62,935 bases of DNA, filler included, from Rhabdomonas costata (GCA_019059605.1; 56 parts of 56 records of this genome joined end to end with filler, not necessarily neighbours in it); one strand, 5' to 3'; counted from the whole stretch's first letter, positions 1-12,432 are shown. Numbers and translations are program-made. Notes: generated by a model not told the origin, from the letters alone.

Positions 1-890
1 AGAAGTTGCAGAAGTTATCGAACTCTGTTTTGATCTGCGAACGGACGCGGAGATCACGCTGAGAGTGATTTCCTTTCTGTTCGCAGTAGCCAGAAAATCC
101 CCTTTGGAATTTCGAGAGAAAAGAGGTGGGGATTTCATTTGGATTTCGCATGAAAATTATGGGGAAACAGTCGAAATTCAGAAACCCTTCTTCCACCTCG
201 TTCATTCGGTGTGGCAATTGTAGGGGGCTACTCCGTTCACGTGACGTACCGCGACCCGAAGTCCTTTCAGGACATCCGTGCATTCGGTACGACTTAAAAG
301 CCCAGTCGCTTTTCGCTTCTTTTGTTTTGTGTGTGAAGCCATTTGCATGCGGAAAAAAAGTAGTCAACCGGCGTTTTTAAGGTTCAGGCAACCACTTCCT
401 TAGGCTCTTTCTCTGGTCGCGACGCTTTTGGAGTGAGCCCGTCTCTTATTTTCGAGTTCCCTCTTTCCCATGAGTTATGTCTTGTTTTTTCGTGCTTGAT
501 TGCCTGCCATACAGTTCTTCTTGCTGTTAATGAGTTCCACCAAGAACTCTTGACCGGCCACCGGACCTGCACCAGTCAGGGGTTTCCAGTCGGGGAAGTG
601 AATGGGGGAGGAAGGTTTAGTTCCTCGGCCTCAGCTGTGCACGCAGTAATGGCCGACTGACCCCACGTGGAGGTTTTCATATTGCATTTAGCTGACCTTC
701 TGGGCCTTCTGGGCCGTGTTTCGAACGTCGTCGCACTGCCTCGTGAACTGGAGCTCTGGGGCAGGCCTGTCTTATCTACAGGAGAGCACACTCCACCAAT
801 GCTTTCCCCTGGCGGAATCTATTTTGAATCTCTCCCTTTTAACCTTTTTTTGAATATCTGCACTCGTCCTTTCGTGTGGCTTTCGCTTCT

Positions 891-1018
891 CGTCTTCGGA
901 CGAGCATGCGGTTATTTATGAACTCCAAAGTGCCACTCTGTCAGCCTTCGCTGTCCATGTGATTGGGCCACTTGGTCTCCTCCGCCGTCTTCGGACGAGC
1001 ATGCAGTTATTTATGAAC
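891..1018. repeat. 33-bp direct repeat, 2 copies (891-923, 986-1018), 1 mismatch
   Basis: CGTCTTCGGACGAGCATGC(G/A)GTTATTTATGAAC occurs twice, 62 nt apart. Confidence 0.9.
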
Positions 1019-1026
1019 CCAAACAA

Positions 1027-1126
1027 NNNNNNNNNNNNNNNNNNNNNNNNNNNNNNNNNNNNNNNNNNNNTTAATTAATTAANNNNNNNNNNNNNNNNNN
1101 NNNNNNNNNNNNNNNNNNNNNNNNNN
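1027..1126. other. Artificial contig spacer (N44-TTAATTAATTAA-N44), first of 55 recurring about every 1126 nt
   Basis: Identical 100-nt block with stops in all six frames separates 56 contigs of near-identical length. Confidence 0.99.
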
Positions 1127-1127
1127 T

Positions 1128-2153
1128 GTGGGGGTTCACCTTGTCTCCCCGGCGGGTCGAAAGCAGCTCCAAGAATTATCCAAAGAGCGGGATGAGCTTG
1201 CGTTGACGAACATCCAACTCGCAAAAGGCATGGACGAGATCCGGATGTTGCTTCGAGACTTAGAGTCCAGGTGGGCTTGGGACGCCGAGAGCTCCGCACG
1301 ACTAAAAGCCCAGCTAAAGGAGTGCGAGTCCTTGCGGTATACCGCAACACATGTGGTTCAGCTACCTCAGGACGCACTCGCGAGTCCATTTCGGCGAATG
1401 CTCTTTTCTCCTAAGGAGAGCGGGACTGATTCTCGAAACCCAAGATCGTCTGTGGATGCCGGAAACTTGGAAAGTCAGTTGGAAGCTTTGCAGGACGAGA
1501 ATGCTTTCCTAAAGAAGGAACTACGTCAAGTTGAGGATAGCGCGTTGAAAAGGCGTGCGGAAACCGCGTCTCGCCCTGAAAGCTCCGCTCAGGTGGCACG
1601 AATGGCAGAGGCCCTTCAGATTGCCGACCAAAACTATGCTGCTGTCAAACAGAAAGTGGGTGAGCTGGAGACTCAGTTGGAGAAGTCGATAGAGGCTGTC
1701 TCCGAAAAAGACGCAGAGCTGCTGCGTTTGAGGAATATGCTTCGGAATGTCCGCACAGACTGTCGTCACATGGAGAAAGAGAGCAGCGGAGAAGGTGGGG
1801 AACGTGAGTTTATTAGGCTCTCCGGTTCATACTTTGGCTCACCGAATAATCCTCAGCGTCCTGAAGGCGAAAACAGCGTCTTGATTGCCGAAAATGTCCG
1901 GCTTCTGCACGAAAATGATCACCTGAACACGATGGTGCAAGAGCTTTCCAATCAAGTGGTGTCCCTGCAGGCATCTCGAGGGGTGGTTCGCGAAAATCCG
2001 CAGCGTTTTGAAGCTCGGCGTGAAGAAACAGCTCGAATCAAAGCTTTGGAGTCTGAGCTTGGTGCCGCCCGTTCCTCGATTTTTGAACTGGAGGTCGAGC
2101 TCGCCGCGGCTCGTGAGAAACTCTCCACTCGCATTCAGCCTGGTCCCAACAAC
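1128..2153 (+). CDS. Long coiled-coil protein, internal fragment
   Basis: Open frame across the whole contig; E/L/R/K/Q-rich heptad pattern (e.g. LESQLEALQDENAFLKKELRQVE). Confidence 0.8.
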
Positions 2154-2253
2154 NNNNNNNNNNNNNNNNNNNNNNNNNNNNNNNNNNNNNNNNNNNNTTA
2201 ATTAATTAANNNNNNNNNNNNNNNNNNNNNNNNNNNNNNNNNNNNNNNNNNNN

Positions 2254-3279
2254 TGTGTTGGTGTGGGGTCCCCCCTGGTCTGCAGCACAATGGCCTGCAG
2301 GCTCTCAATGAACTGCTTGTACTCCTCCGAGCTACAATGTACCAGCATGTCTCGAACAAAGGCACACACCGCGGGCTGCTGCGGCAGATCCAAGCCTACA
2401 CTGCAGGGCTCGCGAGTCAGCTCAAAGGGGTTGTGCAACAAGGCGTGCGCCGCAAAGAACTCCTGCAGGCTGAGGTGGCTGAAACTCACCGGCGCGTCCA
2501 ACTCACGCAGCCGGCCCACACGAAGCATCGCCGCCTCCCGCAGTATCGCATCCACCGCCTGCCTCTCCTCCTCACTCTCCTCCCTGCGGTCCTCTTCCTC
2601 GGCCTTTTCCTCTGGAAAACCCGCTTGACTCGCTCCTGCGCAGCAGGACAAAGTGCCAGAGAAGCACGCAGGAGCACTGCTCTGCCGAACTTGTCGCAGG
2701 AAGATGGCCCTCACCTCTCGCATCGGCAGGAACGCCGTCTGCCGCGAGCACAACTTCACTGCCAAGACCTGGCAGCCGTGTAGCAAAGCTCCAGCCTCAC
2801 CTAAGCTGCTTCTCTTCTGAAATCCCTCTACCAGCACAAGCCGGTAAACCTCCCCATGTGTAAGCGCCTGGGTCCGGGGCTTCTCCAGCTCCGTCAGAAG
2901 ACCCTCGTCCGCTTCGCACAGCATCGCTGACAAAACTGGGGTCGAGATTAGCCCTTGCAGCTCAGGAATCGCTCCCACTCGTCTCACCAGCTCCTTACTT
3001 CTCCGAAGGCCCTCCGCGTGCGCCTGCTGCCTGGCTTCTTGGTCGTGCTCCACCACAACTTTGCGGCGCGCCTCTCTCATCGCCCGCAATATTGCCCCGC
3101 ACGGGGCATTCTGTAGGGCTGCTCGCTCGGCCTCCTCCAGCATATAAGTTCCTTCCTTTTCGTATCGGGGCTTCAGCTTCTCCTTTGGGTCCGTCGCCTC
3201 CTCGAACACCGACCGCGTAATCGTCACCTCCGCCAGCTTCTCGAACTTCTCCAGCGTGAATGGCATCACCCAGTGCTCG
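2254..3279 (-). CDS. NACHT/STAND-type NTPase, C-terminal part (HD1 and winged-helix region), fragment
   Basis: Open across the contig; ISTPVLSAMLC resembles the HD1 xxPhhh motif and FSHLSLQEFFAAHAL matches the NACHT winged-helix FxHxSxQEFxAA motif. The P-loop lies outside the contig. Confidence 0.7.
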
Positions 3280-6150
3280 NNNNNNNNNNNNNNNNNNNNN
3301 NNNNNNNNNNNNNNNNNNNNNNNTTAATTAATTAANNNNNNNNNNNNNNNNNNNNNNNNNNNNNNNNNNNNNNNNNNNNAAGTTCCAGTATAGTGTGTGT
3401 GTGTGGGGGGGTGGGATCAAGGAAGAGCGGTGGTGGTGGTTGCGGTGGTGAGTGAGTTTTTTGTTTGTTTTGTGGTGCAGTGTGTCGGGGTGCGAGAGAG
3501 ATCTACAGCTCCAACCCGGGGACATCGTCCTCCAGCCCGCACAGGTCCTCGGCCACGGAGGGCGGACGTTCCACGCCCATAGGCTCGGAGGGGTCCGGCG
3601 CGGAGGTGTCGGGGGCGACAGTCTGAGAGGTCGGGTGCTCGCCGGAGAACCCCACACCGCCCTGGGGCTGTCCTGGGACACCCCCGGCCGGGGCTGCCGC
3701 CTTTGTGAAGTTTGTGAAGTGGGAGGTCAACACTGGCAATTCGGTATGGGTGTGCGTGTGTGTGTGCGTCTGTCTCGAACCCTTCTAACTCCCACTTTTG
3801 TGCCAGCACGGGCAATGTTATGACGAAAAACGTTCATCAAATGGGGACCACTCACTAATCTCAAATCAACTCAGTGAGGTGGTGAAGGAGACGACGAAAG
3901 AGTGTTTGCCCAATGCAAAAGGCTCACTCTTTGCCCACAGCAACCAACATAGGCCATGCCCACCACACTTCACCAGAAACCTATGCGACTGCGCGACGGC
4001 ACACGAATCACACTCAATCTGTACTATTCTGTGCACAAGGCATTGCTGTGGTGAAGGCCATGTCTGCCTCCAGCAGGGGGTCGAATTACATCCCGCTGCC
4101 TGGCCACTTCTGCGGATCACCCCTCTCGCTGCTGGGCAGAGGTTCTCGGGGAAACCACAACGGCGCATTGAACCACGGTTCGAGGGAGCTTTAACCCTGT
4201 GCGCTTGCCCAGTCTGCTTTTACCGCTCTCGCACGGTGGCCTCTGTTCAGCTCTTCTTCTGCCTGGAAACCTCAGGTCAGATCTCCTTTTGACCAGCCCC
4301 TACCGTGACGAGCCCCTACCGTGGCGCCGTCCCTGGCACTCTCGGCCAGGGGGCACGGGACTTGGGGAGTTTATTTGCTGTTCAAAATGTATGACCACAC
4401 CCACANNNNNNNNNNNNNNNNNNNNNNNNNNNNNNNNNNNNNNNNNNNNTTAATTAATTAANNNNNNNNNNNNNNNNNNNNNNNNNNNNNNNNNNNNNNN
4501 NNNNNTGTGGGTGTGGGTGTCACTGTTGTGTTTTTTGATTTTTTGCCTTCGCTGAAAGCGTGCATTTGAGCTTGACTTGGGCCTCGGGTGCATAGATCCG
4601 TTAACTTTGTGCACTTTGTGCACTTTGTACATTCTTCACACAACTCATGATTGCCTTTACTCCTAGCTCACACGGAGGTCGCCCCATATGCTCTCAGTGT
4701 CGCAGTTTTGATCTGTGTATTCGCCCATAACTATGTGCTTTAGTTTTTTGTCCGTGTTATTGGGCGGAAATAGCGACCGCCTTGGGGTTGAGATGTTGCG
4801 CTTGGGTGTTGTGCTGTTGTCAGTGCAGCACCTGTGCCCCCCACCCGCGCTTCTTTAAAAACTGGTCGATGACAGAAAACATTAAAACCTTTCGGACCCT
4901 CGTGGCGTAAAATTCTGCCCTTTGCCCGTGGCGCTCGATTTTTATGCTGTCTTCTGACAAGGGGTTGCTAATCAGAACTATGTGGTGAAGCTTCCCTTTT
5001 GCTTTGGTTGGTTCACGCGCTCGCGACATCCATCGAGAAGTCTATTGCTTGGCGGCCCGCAGGTGCAACTGCTCCGCGGTGCCCTTTGAGGCACTGCGGG
5101 AAGCCCGCACCCTTCTGCTGGACTCGCAGAACATCTTCTTCGGGCGCGCGGGCAACGACGTAGCCTGCAACTCCTCCGCCTCCCTGTTCCGGTGGCAGGA
5201 GCCCGCCCCGGAGATCGCCCGAGAGGTGCATCACCGCTCAGCGGTGGTGTTTCTTCCCTCAAGTGACTTATGAATATCTTCTTGTGCATGCCTATGCATT
5301 GTGGCAACCTCACCCTTCGAATTATTTGTCTTGATTGTTCCATTTCCCTCCCCCTTCTCACTCATTCCCCCCGTTTTTTTTGCCCGGCTTTCCTGCCCGC
5401 TCAGGTGGACAGACCTCTGGAAAGTGTTGCTGCCACTGCCGGTTTGCTAATCTCCAAAACCCAAAAATGAGTTCCTCTGACTTGCACAAAACACAGCGAC
5501 GGTTCGCTCCCCGAAATGCGCACCCCCACCCNNNNNNNNNNNNNNNNNNNNNNNNNNNNNNNNNNNNNNNNNNNNTTAATTAATTAANNNNNNNNNNNNN
5601 NNNNNNNNNNNNNNNNNNNNNNNNNNNNNNNGTGTGGGTTGGGCTCTGTGGATCCTACCCCGAGCAAGGCAGGATCCACAGAGCCCAACCCAGAGGCGAG
5701 ACCCAAGAGAAACACTGCAGGTTGCCCTGTAGTGATCCGGAGAAGCTGCCGAGCAAGCTCAGCAAAAGCCACTCTTGCGCTGCACAAAGATGTTCACAAA
5801 CTCGAAAGATGGCAGGAGGCAGGAGGCATCGACCCATGGGAAAAGCTCACAAATCCCTCAAATCCCAAATCAATCAAACATACACAAACATATTTACGGA
5901 AGTGAAACAGAAGTTAGAGTCTTGGTTGACTACAAACGAAAGAATTATGGCCCGTTCTGATGCGAGCAAAAGGCGCGCATTGGCTCTACCCTTGAGAAAG
6001 AGCTTCACCCGCGACCGTAGTATCGCAATGTTTGGGCTAAAAGCTGCTGCGCTATTCTGACCCATGCCTGGTCTAAGGCAGCTACTGCTCCGGACTCCAC
6101 TGGTTACCAGAGATTTGAAAAAATCAGGGGGGAAAGGGGCATCAAGATAC

Positions 6151-6292
6151 TCGCGGTCAGCGTCGGGCACGGAGCTGATGGCATCGATGTTGTCCAGCAC
6201 CAACAACGAGGGACTTTGGGACACGGCTTTCTGAAAAGCACCCCGCAGTGCAAGCGCAGGGGCCGCCACAGAGTCCGAGGATCCAATGATTT
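6151..6292 (-). CDS. Exon of a CDC48/PEX1-PEX6/AFG2-like AAA+ ATPase (Walker B region)
   Basis: AG/GT-bounded exon EIIGSSDSVAAPALALRGAFQKAVSQSPSLLVLDNIDAI fits LRxxFxxAxxxxPSxxxxDExDAI; Walker B reads DN. Confidence 0.65.
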
Positions 6293-7098
6293 CTAAACCG
6301 CCCACCAGTAAAAAGCAAACCGCAAAACACAGACCACAGTGCAGTCAGAAAGAGATTGGGCAGGGAGTTCGTCTCACCCTACATTCAGTGAAGGAGAGGA
6401 AAGTATTTCTGACAATCTCCGAGAATGATGTTTGTTCGCGATGGTCAGCCTGAAGACGTTATGGATTTTTGTGTGAATTGGGCCATCCATTTGCCTTCTC
6501 ACTGAAAGCCCAAAAATTCTCCAAGACAGAGTCCGGACTCACCGGGACGGATTCCGCACACAGATGCAATGAGAGAGCACACAAAAGTCGAGAACCTGGT
6601 GAACCTTTCTTCAAATCACTGCCCCTGCTTTCAAACCACAAGCGCTGAAAACAACCCNNNNNNNNNNNNNNNNNNNNNNNNNNNNNNNNNNNNNNNNNNN
6701 NTTAATTAATTAANNNNNNNNNNNNNNNNNNNNNNNNNNNNNNNNNNNNNNNNNNNNGGGTGGGGGGTAGGGGGTCTCACCTCACTGGGGGTAGACGAGG
6801 CTGAGAACCCCCAACCCCCGAAGCAAGTGCTGTAGAACCGCCCAGGCCCAAAAGTGAGAGGAGCCGGGAGAAGGCAGGGAGATTTCAATCAATTTTCATC
6901 GATGGAGACACTGGCAAGGCTAGGCTCACCTGCTTATCGTCCAAGGCAAGGCAGTGTTAGGGAGGGGGGGCAATAAATACCGACGGTATTTGCCAGCAAG
7001 TAATGAAAGGTGAGAGCACCTTTGGGGCCGTTCAGGAAACCAAACACACAGAGCGCTTCCTCTCAGGTGAGGGGTGGAAAGCACGTCTCTCAGCACAC

Positions 7099-7769
7099 CG
7101 GCGGGAGACGCAGGCGGTGCTGCTCGAAAGCGTGGGTTGCCAACGTCCCGTAATCCACCTTCGTATCAGGCTTCAGCAGCAGCTTCTCGTTCGAGATGGT
7201 TGCTCCTGTGGGGATGGACGGTTTGAGGCCCTGGAACAGCCAGTGGTCCGGGAGAGAGTCGATGATTTGCTCCGAGCCCACGAAGCAGCTGAGGGCCTTC
7301 TTCAGGTGAAACCGCAACTTAATCGTATTCATGAGCGTGGAGCTGGGGAGAACCTGCTGGAGGATCCAGGGAATGTGGCTGTAGGCCTGCTTGGCTTGCG
7401 GGACGAAGAGCAGGACGAGGTCATCCTTCCAGTTTTTCCCGCATGGGATCCGGGTGTTAACCACCAGAAAAAGCGGGTTGGAGCCCTCCCGGCAGCCCCG
7501 GTCAGTCCCGAACCAAAGCAGGGTGTGCTTCTCTGGACTGTCCAGGTGCTGCTCGCAGGCCCACCAGAAGAGGTGCTGGGCGAAACTGATCAGAGCGCCC
7601 TCGTCCGCGAAAGGGCAGTGCTGCTGCGGAGCCAGCTGAAAGAACTTGTTGATTGCGGAGTCGGTGACCCAAATCTTAGCCCTACGATGCACGACGATGG
7701 GCCCGTAAGACCAACGGCATTCTGAAGCTCGCTCCTCCGCTGCCAGAGGGGCTGGGAGGCGGTGGTAGG
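7099..7769 (-). CDS. Large exon, probable DUF3825-like domain
   Basis: AG/GT-bounded 671-nt open exon; FLVVNTRIP and EKLLLKPDTKVDYGTLATHAFEQHRLRLP recall the FNTGL and LhFDP...HIhxDxxxRLP motifs of DUF3825. Confidence 0.45.
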
Positions 7770-8206
7770 CTGAACACAACCCCNNNNNNNNNNNNNNNNN
7801 NNNNNNNNNNNNNNNNNNNNNNNNNNNTTAATTAATTAANNNNNNNNNNNNNNNNNNNNNNNNNNNNNNNNNNNNNNNNNNNNTGCATGGCGTTAAGGAG
7901 GTGGTGCACCCCTCCCTCAGGAGGGAATAGGCATAGGCATAGGAATAGGGAATATGCTCTAGTTCCCCGTCTTCAGCCCATGTGAAATGTTTGGGTGTGG
8001 GTGTGGGCGGTCTCTCGTTCACTCCCGCCTTGTCTTCTTCTGAATACCCGCTGTGATGAAAGAAAGTTTGTGGTTACACTTTTTCAATGTAGCTAGATCC
8101 AAGTTTTTGCTGCACTTACGCGCTAGGATGACGTCGCCACACGCCGCTTCAGGCTTCAGGCCACATTTGATCTTTCATCATTCTCTGGGTGCGCGTCTCC
8201 AGCCAG

Positions 8207-8542
8207 GTCGGTAAAGAACAGAGGAAGGAACTGTCATTACACGACCAATCACTAGCGTCCTGCGTCCGGCGCAAACCAAAGGATGTTAAAGCTGTCAAGT
8301 AAGTAGTAGTAGTAGTAGTAGTGTAAAGTTGTCACAGGATGTTATTGCAGTATAGCGAAGGCCGGGGATTCCAGCTGACATTTGTGGCCGAGTGGAGGCG
8401 CCGCGGAGGCAAAAAAAACGAAGAGGACAGCTGGAGGTCGGAGTCAGAGGAGTCAGACAAAACAGATAAGAATGTGCTGCGCCCCTTCAGCGAAACAGTG
8501 GGCAGCAAGGGCGGGACTGTGAGTACGAGCAAGACGTTGTGA
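8207..8542 (+). CDS. Two terminal exons of an unknown protein, 39-nt intron 8299-8337
   Basis: GTAAGT(AGT)n...CACAG intron; removal joins VKAVK to MLLQYSEGRG in frame, stop at 8542. The 5' bound is approximate. Confidence 0.5.
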
Positions 8543-10819
8543 GGCGGTTGGGTGCGGAAAGGGGTGACCACGGCGTGTTTTACAATTCTTGTGTGACAGA
8601 AACCGGCTGTCTCCCTGCGTGGTTCCCACCCTGTCTACCCGGTGTTTTGCTACAGTGCTATCATGTGCAGGTTTTTTTTTCACTGATAATGTTCCCTTTT
8701 GTTCTTTTTTCTCGCCTCGCTTGCACACCTGAGTGAGACGAGCAACCACCACCGGAAAATGAATAATAACAAAGGAGGGAAAAGGACACCCCGAAAGGCG
8801 AGGTGTCCTCCAAAGGTTCGATAATTTGGTAAACGAAGCTCTCATTACACCGCAGCTCGAAACAGCCAAAGTTGGAACCGGCGAGACAGAGGCATGGCTT
8901 TCACACATANNNNNNNNNNNNNNNNNNNNNNNNNNNNNNNNNNNNNNNNNNNNTTAATTAATTAANNNNNNNNNNNNNNNNNNNNNNNNNNNNNNNNNNN
9001 NNNNNNNNNGGGGGGTCCGGGATTGGCAGTGGCCCCCAGCCGACAAAGGCGACGGCACACATTTTGTGAATACAGCGGTTTGATCTTATATGAGTTCCTG
9101 AGAAAAGGTTTTGGACAGGCGGATGTTTTTCCGATGCACTGTTTAGCTTTGTTGGGAAAGGAAACTCCATCGTTTCAGATATATCGGAATCAGATCTGGT
9201 GAGGGGCCCCTAATTGCCCCAACTCGTGTGCAGAAACGCCCAGCGTTTGTAGAGTCACGGCCAGAAATGTCATTTTTTTCCGCAAGGATCCTGTGTTCTT
9301 CAGTTTGTGTGTGTTCGCCCTTTTTACTGCAGGTTCTCTCTCTTTGTGTGCCTTTCTTTCTCTCTCTTTGCACCCCTTCGGAGTTCCCGCCGAGCGAGGG
9401 CTTCAACCGCCTGTGTGCGTTCGTGCGCAGTTGCTCACTGTGAGGTGTCTGCGCTTTGGGGTTGATCCACCGTCCTGCGCAATGGCCTCTGCAACGTTCT
9501 CAACATACTACCAGGTTCCCTCGTGAGCTGCGCACACACACACCCAAGGAACGTTCGGCGGTGAGCCGGTTCCCCAAGGCGTCATGCACTCCACTTGCAT
9601 ATCTGACCGACAGTTTGAGTGTGATTTTGAAGTGCAATGTGGCCGCCACACGAAAAAAGGGCGATTTTTGTGCGTCTCATATGGGCTCTGGGACGGTTGG
9701 TATGTATGGTGTGCTGCAACAGCCGTCGCAAGGTGGAGCGACGCCCTCTTCGGCGCAGTGGGGCACGTGGATACAGGGGCCCTCCAACCCGTTCTCCCCG
9801 TCAGGCGGCAACTCACAGGTGCCCCCCCTGCCTACATCTGCCATCCACCAGGAAATCAGAGTTAACACAACCCTTCGCAGTGGTTGTGGTTCAGCAAAGG
9901 AGCATAGATACGTGCGTGTCCACCAGTGCTTGGGAAGGACCGTTTATGTTTGTCTTTAGGTTCTTCCGACAGGGGTTTGTTTGTGAGGGTGCTTGGTTGT
10001 TCCGTAGAAGTCTTAATGTTCCCAACTCTCTCTCTNNNNNNNNNNNNNNNNNNNNNNNNNNNNNNNNNNNNNNNNNNNNTTAATTAATTAANNNNNNNNN
10101 NNNNNNNNNNNNNNNNNNNNNNNNNNNNNNNNNNNTGTGAGGGACTGACGCCGTGTGTTTGTGCGTGTTTGGCTCTCATCGGCGCTGTGTGTATGTTTGC
10201 CATTCTGCCTCCCCCCCTCCCCTTCCTTTCGGTGGTGCAGCTTGCTCTCCCTTCTTCATGCCGTGGCGACCCGTTGGGTTGTCGCGCTTTGCAACAGGAA
10301 AAAACTGAATACAACAATGCAAAAAGTGGTTGATGTGCTTCACAGTGGCTTGCTCCTTGTTTCCGGGGGGTGGGTGTTGCACTTCACCGCAGATTCCCAA
10401 GTATTGACGAAACGGCGGTCCACGTTTCTTACCAGCCCCTCATCCCTCCATTTCCTGGTGTTCGCTTGTTCGCCAGTTCTCACTTCCATTAAAAGAGCGC
10501 GTGTCGACGCCACACTGTGTTTTGCTGTCGGCTGATTCCTCAGCCTTCATTTACGCTCCGACCTTTACTCCAAAAACCCAATGGCAGGGCCTGGTGGGGG
10601 AGCGTCATTTCGGTCTCCTTCCCGCAATTGAGACGCGGGGAAGAAAGTACTAGTCTGTTTTATGCCAAGGAACACGTGCGCTTCGAATCATCTCATGCCC
10701 TGTAACGCGGCAACCCGCACTGGATAGACGTCCCTAGATGTGCGGGCTTTGTTTGTCTCTGGCCCTTTGGCCCTTGCAGACCACTCAGCCTTCTTCTTTC
10801 TCCATTCCCGAGAATGCTT

Positions 10820-11053
10820 ACCGCCTCGTACACCTCGAGCTTTGCCCCCACAGATGGGCTGAGCCGGGTCTCCACGCACTCCCTACTGAGCTCCTCCTCC
10901 TCCTTCACGACGTCGACGTCGTCGATGATGAGTTCTGGCAGCTTTCCTAGCCTGGTCTCCTCCGGCGAGACCCGAGTACCGGCGCAGGCGTTCTCCGCGG
11001 TGAGCGACGGTGTGGCGCGGATGCCCCTCATGAGCAGCGCCCCCGCGAACTGC
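10820..11053 (-). CDS. Internal exon, unknown protein
   Basis: GC3-rich open segment (LGKLPELIIDDVDVVKEEEELSRECVE) ending at a GTAAG donor. Bounds approximate. Confidence 0.5.
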
Positions 11054-11281
11054 TGACGGTAAGCTTAAGGCAATGCCAAATGCCTTCGCCCTCCTCCGCT
11101 TATGCAGCTCCACCCGTCTCCCCTACCCCCCAGTCCAGCCCTCTGCGGCCACAAAAACCACNNNNNNNNNNNNNNNNNNNNNNNNNNNNNNNNNNNNNNN
11201 NNNNNTTAATTAATTAANNNNNNNNNNNNNNNNNNNNNNNNNNNNNNNNNNNNNNNNNNNNTGTTGGGGGTGGGGTGTTAC

Positions 11282-12028
11282 CCGCCGGGGAGTGGTGCGA
11301 GGTCTGCGAGTTGTTCAAGCCGGACCGCGTGCACCACTGCTCGGTATATGTCTGCCTGTTCATATGCTCACCAAAGGCTCCATCCTAACCCTCGTGCATC
11401 GCACTGCACTAGCCTTCTCGTGATTCCTGCCTCTCTCGCTTCGTCAGCCTTTCCCTTGCTTGTGGTATGGGCTTTTTTTGCAATCATCTAAAGTGAGCTT
11501 CGTGACCCTCCCACACATCTCCTGCGCGGAAGAGAACTTGAACGTTCCTTTCCAGCACCTGTGCGTCTCAAATGTCAAAGTTGTGTGTCTACCAATCCGA
11601 ATTTCGCACATCGGACCGAACGCCGACAAGGGGCTGGATAAAGGTGGGGATGGAGGGGCGGTGGCAGAAAGGCATCTTATGTAACACCGCCAAGGGGAAT
11701 CGTGCAAGCTGCCAACCTTCAGCATTGACAACCTACCGGAACGGGAACTACAGGCACCACTACAGGAACCCACTGACGCCATGACTTAAAGACTTAAATC
11801 GTAACCTTACCAATATGTTTGGGGTGTGCCCCGCTCCCCCGCAGGTTTGTAACCAGTGCATTCTGAACTACGACCACCACTGCGTGTTCATCAACAACAG
11901 CGTGGGCCAGCGTAACTTCAAGTTCTTCATGCTCTTCCTGCTGTACACCCCGCTGTGCGTGGGCTTCCTGGTGCTCTCCGCGCTGCCCCTGATGGAACAG
12001 AAGTGGGCGGTGGCGGCCTGGCGCAATG
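11282..12028 (+). CDS. DHHC-type palmitoyltransferase (zDHHC); exons ..11343 and 11845-12028
   Basis: Spliced product WCEVCELFKPDRVHHCS|VCNQCILNYDHHCVFINNSVGQRNFKFFMLFLLY is the DHHC cysteine-rich domain; 501-nt GT-AG phase-0 intron. Confidence 0.95.
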
Positions 12029-12432
12029 GTGCGGCCTTTCCCTTTCCCTTTCCCTTTCCCTTCCCTTCGCTGGACCATCAGTTTGGGCCTGAACGTTGGC
12101 GCTTCCTTTACGGTACGGGCGGAGCTTGTGATGTGCTTCAGCACCGAGACTCTCGTGGTTTTCAGCTCATTCAAGCCGAGAGGTCGCAGTTGATACTGGC
12201 ATCCTCAGAGTCAAGCCTTCACTCTGGAATTAGGCCTTTTTTTTTTTGAAGCACACCGGATCGAAGCCCAGACTGAGCAAAAGCGACNNNNNNNNNNNNN
12301 NNNNNNNNNNNNNNNNNNNNNNNNNNNNNNNTTAATTAATTAANNNNNNNNNNNNNNNNNNNNNNNNNNNNNNNNNNNNNNNNNNNNGGTGTGTGGTGGG
12401 AAGTGAGGTGCGCAGTGGGGGCGGGGAGTGAC

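Noticed and set aside
891..1018. CRISPR array
   Set aside because: Only two repeats, a 62-nt spacer, no cas genes and a eukaryotic context.
1071..1082. TTAATTAATTAA recurring every 1.1 kb as a regular repeat array or CRISPR
   Set aside because: It is an all-frame stop linker inside N padding, added during concatenation.
7003..7725. 240-aa plus-strand ORF
   Set aside because: Probably the antisense shadow of the GC3-rich minus-strand exon, which has the splice sites and motifs.
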